DNA of 64,000 nt from Paramecium tetraurelia (taxonomy: Eukaryota): assembly GCA_000165425.1 (NCBI GenBank), contig CT868585.1:1-64000 (forward strand). The letters run 5' to 3'. Made by a program: the position numbers and the translations under genes. The first letter of the stretch is position 1, and every line of letters starts with the position of its first letter. Below, piece after piece: positions 54,899-64,000 of the stretch. The notes under the pieces were generated by a model, which searched no databases, was not told the origin of the DNA, and saw only the letters and a program-made list of their open reading frames with translations.

Positions 54899-57800
54899 TC
54901 AAAAGCACTTTAACTCTTTTTCTTACAAATCTTGAAGTAGATTTAATGATTCATTTCTCTCTTTAAGCTCTTCAATTACTTTTGCATACATACACTAAAT
55001 TAATTATTATTCTATACTATTGAGTATGGATTTCTTTTTAGACTCTTATACATTTGTTTTACGTTTGGATTTAGTTTCTTTTATAAATCCATAAACATCA
55101 ATTCCAAAATATAATTATACTTTAAATTTACTGTGCCTTCAAAATCTATTTATTATTTTAGAATATACTTTCTTAATCGTTGCTTTCACAATATATCTAT
55201 GCTAATCCCTTCTCTGTTTGATTCTTTAAATACTCTACCAAGAACCATGATTTATTTGGATCTTGACTAAGTACATAAGCTATCCAACATATTTAGGGCG
55301 ATTACAATTAAATTATATCTTGTAACTCAACTAGTCTTTAAAAATATAAAAATTTCTTGGTTAAATAATGAATGTAGGTAATAAAAAAAATTATTTAATC
55401 TTAATCCAATTTTAATGCTACTTTACATATCTCTTCCTTTTCCTAAGAAAATCTTAAAAGATTTAAAAAAATTAATGAAATTTCATTCTTATACTTAATT
55501 AAAATCTTTTTCCTTTATTATTGATCTGTGAAACGAACACTTTTTAATTACTTTGATTCTTGCATCAAATTTTATAAAGTTTCATTTATGGCATTTTATT
55601 ATAAAAACAAGAGAAAAATTAATAATATCGATCGTTTAGACAATGAAAATGGCTAAATCTCCTTCTTATATTGGAAAAGATATTCAATATTTTACCACTT
55701 ATTTCTTGACTGCCTATACAGATTTCTTAATTTTAAAACTAAAGTGCTCTCACTAATAATTGTCTCTTCTCCATAAGCCGTTAGTGCTTCCTAAAATAAT
55801 TAAAATATAAATGTTACTTTTATTATATTAAGTGAAGTTTCATATGAATTCTAATGGATAAATTAAAAATAGAGGATCATTAACTTTTATTTCTTAGATT
55901 TAGCAAATAGCTTTATTTAAGAGATGAGCTGAACTTGAAACTATTATTTTTTAAGTGATTCTATTTCTTAGTAAAGAATCCAAAGAACTAAATTATTTTA
56001 TTAATCTTTTAATATATTTTTGATCTGCTTTAATCCAGATTTTAATTCTTACTATAATACCTAATTTGGTGCAATTATATCATTGTTTAAATATAAAATG
56101 CCATAAAGCATAAATAGATACACCAATAAAAACTAATTATTAATCTGTTAGTAAACTTTTTCCAGTAATCGTTTTACATATACAAATTATGATAAGTTAT
56201 TTTTAAATTTACATTAAAAGATGCTTTGATATTTAATGAAAAATTCATTCTAGTGATAATCAAAGCTAATTTTATTATAACACATATCAGCACTATGAAA
56301 TTAATTTATTTAAGGTAAAATATATGAATCAATTGGAGGATACCCAATTTATTGTAATAAAATACTAACAAGATTAAGTTTAGATTCTTAATCATTGAAA
56401 ATGTAAAGGTATGGTTCAATATCTTCATAAATTACTGCTGCATCAACATTTTACTCAATCCATTCTATATCAAAACGTTAATTTGCTGGTCTCCATCTTT
56501 TTAACTATTAAAAGGAAAGGAATTATTAGATTTAATCCTCTTGCTCTTATATTTATTGACTCAAATCAAAATACCCAATAAAATCATCCTTTAATTCAGG
56601 TGTGTCGATCCACCCATATTCATTTTATTCTCCAGTTCTCACATTCATATCCCAATAATTTCTAAATTCTTTAACTTTTTCTTCTAAATCATAGGTCCTT
56701 TGTAAATGTTTAGGAGCAAATAAATTCATTTCACATAATGCTTAAAGAATTCCAACAGATCTTTCTTTAAAACCCATTTCACTTTCATAAAAAGCTATTT
56801 ATTATATTAATTCGATATAAATTCTTTTGAATAGTTAAACGAGTTGTGCCCTTGTAGTTTCATTAATCAGCTTTTATAAATTAGCTATATGTTTATTAGC
56901 TTCAATTCTTAACATTGTGGCACTAAATATTTCTGTTTTGAGTTTATGGTCAAGAAATAAAATCCATATTGGTTGTATATGAACATATTTTGAAAATAAC
57001 TCAGACCAACAATTATCTATTTCTTTATGTAATTCATCATTTCTTAGCTCTAAATTTTACATTAGAGAGATTTTATAAGCTAATACCCATGGATGATCGG
57101 CGAGCACTTCTGATACTTGCTCCAATTTTTGTAAAATCGATAATCTTCGATTTGCCAACAATAAAGGTTCATTATAGCCTTATAATTCTGCAATTTTTTC
57201 TTAAATTAATAAAAATTCTTTCCAAATATCTAAATCATTCACATTTGTCTGAAGTTAGTTTTATAATTCTAAATTTCGCTCTTAGAGCTTTTAATCTTTG
57301 GAGATAGGATCAACTTCAATCAATTAATTATTAAAAGGTACAAAGTCCTCATTGCAAAGCTTAGATTGAGGTTATATCACATAGGATTTTTCTTGTTAAA
57401 TGTATGCAGTCTCAGTATATCGAGCATATTCAAATGTTTATTTTTCTCTTGTTCTTGTGACACTATCAAGAATCGAATTCACTTTTTTTTGATTTTTCAT
57501 CCCCAATATTCTTTATCTAGAAATAATAAAATTTGAGTACTGATTTGTTCTGACATAGTGAGGAATGTCTTACTCCAGAAAACCATAAGCTAAAATTTAA
57601 TTATTACCTATTGGAAGTACTTAAACAGATAATAAGCCAACTCCCATTTCATGCTTATAAATAAATGATTTTGAAGTGTCTATTTTATATTCTACAGAAA
57701 AAATCAATATGAAAATACTTAATTACAATTTTCCAATTTTGAATCATAATAGGCTTCAATCTCTTCTTCTGTAAACTTTATCGCAATCTGTTATTAAGCT

Positions 57801-57946
57801 TAAGATAATTTTTCCTTTTTTTTATCTTTTTTCTTTTTCTCCTTTTAATTTTCAATAATGTTATTTTCTACAATATTCTCTTATTATTTTAGTTAATTTT
57901 AGACAAATGACTTGCCTACATTCAACCATTCTTCATCTTCACTCAT
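54899..57946 (-). CDS. NRDE2: NRDE-2 family protein (nuclear RNAi / nuclear exosome-spliceosome associated)
   Basis: DIPHYVR, LQTNVNDLDIWKEFLLIQE, EMGFKERSVGILQALCEMNLFAP, FRNYWDMNVRTGEQNEYGW, WRP..VIYEDIEPYL, C-terminal DLQEKELKCF; the motif order matches NRDE-2. Confidence 0.78.
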
Positions 57947-58119
57947 TGCAATAATAAATTTTATTTTAATAAGTATAAAAATATTAGTCATATTGTTTTT
58001 TTTGAAAAGGACTAGGCATATTAGAGTAAATAGAATAGTAATTTAAATAAGAAAGTTTATTCTCAAAAAGAAATTATTTTTATAATATTTTATCTAATAT
58101 ACTACAGATCAAATTATAA

Positions 58120-59891
58120 TCAAATAGACTATTTATCATCAAATTATGTGTATATATTAGTGCTACTTTCTCTACATTCGTATTGTATATATTTTGAATT
58201 AGATTTTATTTATGCGACTGGACTAGCATAAGTAATAATATTCACACTAGAATGGAAATTGATTCTTTTGTTATTTGATTTATAATTTCTAATTACATCA
58301 CGCTTTATGGACATAGGAAGTACTCTAGAACTAGGCTTCAAAAAGTTTTGTAAAGGGAGTTTTTAATTCAACTTAGATTAAAATAAAAATTTTCTTCTCT
58401 TAAGATAATCCTTTGATAGATTGCCTAAATTAAATTCATTTGGTTCACTGTTATTGTTAATAATTGGATTCAAGTTTGATTGCATGGAGGAAAAAACTTT
58501 TTCTTTCTCTACAATAGATTGAATACAATAATTTTGAACACTGGGATTAGAATAAACCATTAGAAAATTTGAATTTAATTTTAAATCTGTTTTCTTAGCA
58601 CTATTGAAACTAGTTCGATTGCTCAGAAAATAATTATCTATTTCTGCTAGCTTTAAAATCTAATCTTTTTGAACTCCATTCGTTATTGTATCTATCTTTT
58701 TCTTTTAACAAAGGAGTTTAACTAAATTCTACCTATTACGACTTTTTTATTTATAATCATGTTCTAATTGAATTCGACACTCTTCTGGAAATTTGTGAAT
58801 AAATTCTTATGAATCTATGACAATGACCTGGGCTTATAAAGATGTGACCACTGAGGTAAATTCATAATTGGCAGTTTTATTAATTACAATTTCCTCTCCT
58901 AATAAGTGTCCTTATGAAACAATGCATAATGGAATGTTTTTATTATCAACTCTTTTATAAACAGTTACGTCACCTGATATAATTATGTAAAAGGAATCAC
59001 CACTTTCGTCTTCTGATGTTAGCTATGTTGCTCTTTCATATTAAATTGTTTAGCAACTGTAAATCATACTTTCTAATCTCTATGATGAATATTCATTATT
59101 AACATCTAAATTATTCCAAGAGATAATTACTCTTAAATATATTAAACATCAATTATTGCTTTTCTTTTTTTGTTTTTTCGAATGTCATTTGATATGTCAA
59201 AAAGTCATCTTTTTTCAACACTACAATGAATGATTCTAAGCTATAGCAAGCAACAGTAAGAGTTCTTGGGATATTTTCTGCCAAAGCTTTTTCACCGAAA
59301 CCGTTTCCTTCTCCTAAAATGCGCATACATTCGCCATAAGATTATTCTAACCTCTTTTTTTCCTCTTGATTTATGCATGATTCTTTATGATGATTATGAT
59401 GTTTAACTATTTTATGAGTCAGTCTTTTTGCATGTAAAATTGTAGAAATTTTAAATTGCTGTTATTAATTCGGAATCTAAGGAGTAGCTTCTGAGTTCTA
59501 TCTTTACAATGTCATTAGCTAGTCCATTTTTTTCAATCTCATCAGCATAACATCACCATAAAAAATAATGTATAGCTTGTCATTTGAAGGGTCATTTTCT
59601 TAGAATAACACTTCTCCTCCTTTAAAATATTCCATTCTCAATCGAGAACACAACTAAGAGGAAAAACCTAATAAATACTTCAAGTATGTCATTCCTTTGC
59701 GTTCCTTTTTATAATTTTTCTGCTACAAATTGTTTAAAGTATGGGAGTTCCTCCATTCTTTGCAATATAAAATATAGTTCTTCCCTTGTGTGATTTTCTT
59801 TATTCATTGTTAAAAACAATTTTATCGCTTCATGAAGATGCGGATCCTCACATGCATCATCAAGCGATTTTAGATGAACTTTTTACTGCAT
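58120..59891 (-). CDS. Tandem cyclic-nucleotide-binding domain protein
   Basis: EYFKGGEVLFQENDPSNDKLYIIFYGDV, LGEGNGFGEKAL..PRTLTVA, second domain ESGDSFYIIISGDV..GHLLGEE; TGA 58122-58120. Confidence 0.85.
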
Positions 59892-59931
59892 TAATTTTTT
59901 TTATAGCAATATTCAATAATATTATGATAAA

Positions 59932-60526
59932 TCATTTCTTTCCTTGTCTCTCAAAAATAAATTTATTTTCCTCAACAATTTTTCTTTATCTTTGAGGAGG
60001 TAATGGGTACTGAATTCCCCATTTCAATGCAAATTGTTAAAACTCTTTTTCAGTTAAACCTTCAATATAGAAAAATATTGCAACACTTATTTTTAAAATT
60101 TCAATAATTTCAACGCAATTCAATCTATAACACTCACCCAATAAAGGAGTAATTTTAGTTAACCAATCTTATACTCTCTCTTTTGATAATTCATCATTTT
60201 CGTATCCTAAATATTTCAGATAATCAATAGATTTTTAGTCCATCAAATGCTCAATGTTGGAATCTTCAATTTTATCAACAAAACTTATTTATGTCTACTT
60301 TGTATAATTATGTACTTAATCATACTCATGCAATTAGTAATAGTGATTTATTTACTTTACCAAATTAGGATCAGCCTCAAAATCAATTATTTCCTCATCA
60401 TCATCAAAAATCTAATGTTCAAAATCAATTTACTTGATTCCAAACCTAAACAAAGACTCTTAGTCTTTTGTCTACTACACTCTTCGCATTATTTCTACAA
60501 ATAATGATTTGAGTTTCAAAATCCAT
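59932..60526 (-). CDS. Divergent Skp1-like (BTB/POZ fold) protein
   Basis: IFDDDEEIIDFEADPNLVKQINHYYQLH; LLGECYRLNCVEIIEILKISVA..GLTEKEFQQFALKWGIQYPLPPQRQRKIVEENKF resembles the Skp1 C-terminus; 22-nt intron. Confidence 0.55.
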
Positions 60527-60589
60527 ATTATTTTAATTTATATAAATATAAATAAAACATTTCATTGCATTTGAAGTAATTTAGATCAT

Positions 60590-61580
60590 CTCGTATTTCT
60601 TACTGATGTTCTATTCTTAATGTTAATGTTAAAGAACTAATAAATACTTTTACATTTTTGTTCATGTAATTAGCTTTTTATTATAATCCTAAATTAATAT
60701 ATCCACATTACATTGAGGGAATAAGTTCCCGTATTCCATTGCTTTTTCAAATCCTGTAATTTAGTAATTACAAGAATCACAAATTTACCCTAGTTATATG
60801 TTTTACTCTTTTGGACCGTTATATTATTTTATTTCAGTCTAAAGTGCTTACATTAATAATTAAGGAGCTTAAAACTATTTACTCTTTGTAATCAATCAAA
60901 TTTTAAAATTAAATTTTTAATTAGAATCGGGTGAAACTAGTTTATCTCCTTTTGATGAAGAATCATGACTCCTTTTGGAGTGGAATCGCTATGTTTAGGA
61001 TAACTCTCTTTTCTTTTGGAAGCAAGCGATTCCTAAATTAGCAACTCAATATCTTCACTTTTAAAGTTAGATTTTCCTCTTCCCCAAATAGTATGTTTTC
61101 CCATCCATAACTCTACTCTATGGACATTTGGGCTAATTTTAAGTTCTGATTAATTATGAACAACATGCTAATTAGAATCTAAGGCTTTGTAAGACCTTTT
61201 ATTACTTCTCATTCTAAATGAACTATTTAAAATTGTTAAATTACCTATAGAATGAATTTTTTAATATCTAGTTTTATACAAAAATTTGCAATCCTCTAAT
61301 TAATGATCAGATTAATTAGGAGGTTCATTTTAATTTTGATTGCTCTCATTATCACAATTTACTTTTTCATGACATTCAATTTTTATCTATTCCTGTTTAA
61401 AAATGACAAGGAGTTTCTTAAATGGTTTAAAAGTAATCGAAATATTGCTCTAAGTTTATTAGCTAATATACAAAGGTCTAAAGTTAAATTTTATAATGAC
61501 GGGTCGTTAATTCGAGGAGTAATCTAAAAACAGAGATTTTCATCAATTTGGATTTTGGACTTAACGAAAATAAGCTCATT
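60590..61580 (-). CDS. Possible hypothetical low-complexity protein; boundaries unresolved
   Basis: Long TGA-free stretch on the minus strand (~61380-60900); start, introns and stop not determined. Confidence 0.3.
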
Positions 61581-61845
61581 ATTAAATAAAAAATAGATTA
61601 CTATCTTTATAATTAATAAAATGTATTATATCTTTTAATTAGAAAGTAAAATTTAAGAAATGTAAAAGTGAAATAAAGTTTGGATGAAAACCTTTACTTA
61701 AAATAATATATATTATTGAAAAACAATTTTGTCCATTGTCTTCTAATATTGATGATTAATAAAGTACAAGTTTAAAGAATTAGTTGTTTTAAAATTCTCA
61801 AGTATGAGATATAATTGCTAATTAATTATTATAATTTTTTTCAAT

Positions 61846-62800
61846 TCATTATTCCATATTTTTTTTTTTCTGTTTCAAAGCTAATTTTTCATACACCATC
61901 CACAAAACTCCACTTTAAATACATTTTTTAATAAGTCTAGGCAAATATCCTTAATAAAACCCTGAAAGACCTTCAGTCATTTTTACAGTCTTTGCTAAAA
62001 GAAGTAAATTACTCTATCATATTTAAACTACTTACACTCTTGTTTTATGCCTACTATCTTATTCTTAAGTTGTCAAATGGATATGTAACCATAATTGCAA
62101 GCATTGCTGCACTTGAACCACAAATTGCTACTAAAACTGAGTTTTTTTTTGGATCCTAGCCTTTTGTAAATAAACCACTCAAATTTAATAAATTCCGATA
62201 AATTGTATATTAAATTCCAGAAAAAGGTACATCTTTTAAAATTGCAGCGAAGACCCCCTTAATATTTATAATAGTATATACTCTATAAAACCCAAAGAAG
62301 CCTTCTTCCCTTGCTATTTTCATGAAACATTTATCAATTTTGCTGTATTCATTGTTACCAACAATTTACATTTTCGTTCTCATTACAGCCAATGGAGTTG
62401 AAGCTACTGTGCCCACTAATTTGCTTGAAGAGGCAATCATTAAATTTAATAGACTTTAAAGATAGACAGGATAATGGGCTGGTGGGCTCTTTATAATTTT
62501 CATTCATTACCTATATTTCTCAATACCTGAGAAAAAAAATGAAAATGATACTGTATTCTTTGCAATTGATACAATAGTCCCTCTATAAAAGCCTCTTATT
62601 CCTTCTTGAGAATAAATTTAGGAGGCAATTAGAGATAAACCTTTGAAATTAATATTTTGTTTTGAATAACCAGTTGCTATCATTGATGTCTGTAAAACTT
62701 CTAAAGGTTGAAGAATTAATGTGGCTCCCACAGCAATTTGAAAGTTTTTCATATTAAGCATTGCAGGTTTGATATTGCTTTTCTATTGATTTTCTGCCAT
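61846..62800 (-). CDS. Mitochondrial carrier (SLC25), most like the glycine carrier SLC25A38/Hem25 type
   Basis: Three carrier repeats: QPLEVLQT..EGIRGFYRG, TPLAVMRTK..EEGFFGFYRG..LKDVPFSG, YPFDNLRIR; TGA 61848-61846. Confidence 0.88.
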
Positions 62801-62827
62801 TTTAATATTATTTATTTTTTTTTCGCA

Positions 62828-64000
62828 ATGAAAAGTATCCAATAAGTTAACTCATCATCTGTTCCTATCGGAGTTAAAGTAGCAAATTCCTTCACTATAA
62901 ATAGCAAATAGATACTCAGCTCTAAAAGGTTAAAACACTTCTTGATGTAGAGCATTAGTTAACACTCGAGAGATCTTTTAAGGAATCTAAATTGAATAAA
63001 GAATTTGCACAAAAATTAACTTAAAAAGTTGATTAGTTATAGTAAGAGAGGGACAAATATAAAAAATAATTTGAAGAAGGCTTAAAAAAGGTGGAAGGAA
63101 GTGGATTTGGAAGAACTTCCTTTCACAGCAACAAAAGCGATTTAGATAGACAAATCTAAACAGAAAGAGGTAAATAGCCAGATAGGTCAACTCTTTAATA
63201 AATTTGGAATGAAAAAGGTGAGCAAATGTAATAAGAAATCGAATGCTTGAAAAGTGAAAATAATTAAGTGACTTCTGACTTAAGATAAGCTTGGCAAGAA
63301 ATAGATTAAAAAGAACAATTAATAAAAAAATTAGAACTATAAAATAGTGTATTAGTAAATGAAATTAGAAAGCTATAAAGAAAACTTTAACAGGAAAGAT
63401 TAAATAACTCTGAAATAAAGGCTGTAAAATAAAAAGACATATCTTCAAGCTAAGAATAATTGTATTATAATATTATTATTCATAGATCTAGTGAAGTATA
63501 ATATTTAAGGAATTAGATAAATGAACTTTAAGATGAAATAAATGAATATCAAGAAATGATAGACTCATAGCAATAATAAATTGAAATTCAAAAAACGAAT
63601 AATTCATAACTTAGAATTGAAAGGGATAATTGTGTTCATAATTACGCAAGTATTTCAATTACTATTTTCCTTAGTTGTTAAAGCAAAATTAGAAGTTTTA
63701 TTTGAAGAGAAAGATGAAATGGAAAGATTAAAAAAAATGGATGATGAAACTTTAAATTCACTATAGGCTTGTGTATCAATTCAAAAAGAAAATATAAAAG
63801 TCCTTGAAAATGAAAAGAACTGTTTAATACATTCTGTAGATCAAATGAAATAATTAATCAGCAACCAAGAGATAAGGATAAATGATTTAAAGAATGAAAA
63901 CCTAAATTTATTAGAAAAGTTAGCAGAAAAACCACTTTAAATAAATCTCAATCTTGAGAATGAAATAGCCAATCTGTAAAGTGCTTAATAACAAGATGAT
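62828..64000 (+). CDS. Long coiled-coil protein, runs off the window
   Basis: ATG 62828, 26-nt intron, Q/E/K-rich heptad-like sequence including track ORF 63581-63766. Confidence 0.65.

Overview
AT-rich, gene-dense eukaryotic DNA that looks like a Paramecium (ciliate) macronuclear scaffold. TAA/TAG read as Gln, TGA is the only stop, and genes carry tiny 21-30 nt GT..AG introns, so the supplied standard-code ORF track is fragmented and often antisense. Hand-translating with the ciliate code gives about 28 protein-coding genes. They include two large Cys-rich multi-pass surface proteins (one spanning a 102-N gap), a CCCH-finger/vWA/alpha-kinase/Zn-ribbon protein, a MATE transporter, an OSCA/TMEM63-like channel, a CDPK with a degenerate catalytic loop, NOC4, a WD40 protein, a TPR-like protein and a kinesin ending in a CaaX box. 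Further on lie an Erv46/ERGIC3 protein with a large insertion, an unorthodox aquaporin, two Ser/Thr kinases, a SERCA pump, a PX sorting nexin, an EGF-TM-RING E3 ligase, an NRDE-2 homolog, a tandem cNMP-binding protein, a divergent Skp1-like protein, a mitochondrial carrier and several hypotheticals. No RNA genes, transposons, telomeric repeats or CRISPR arrays were recognised. All models are manual: intron boundaries and some starts are approximate, and family calls rest on recalled motifs, not database searches.
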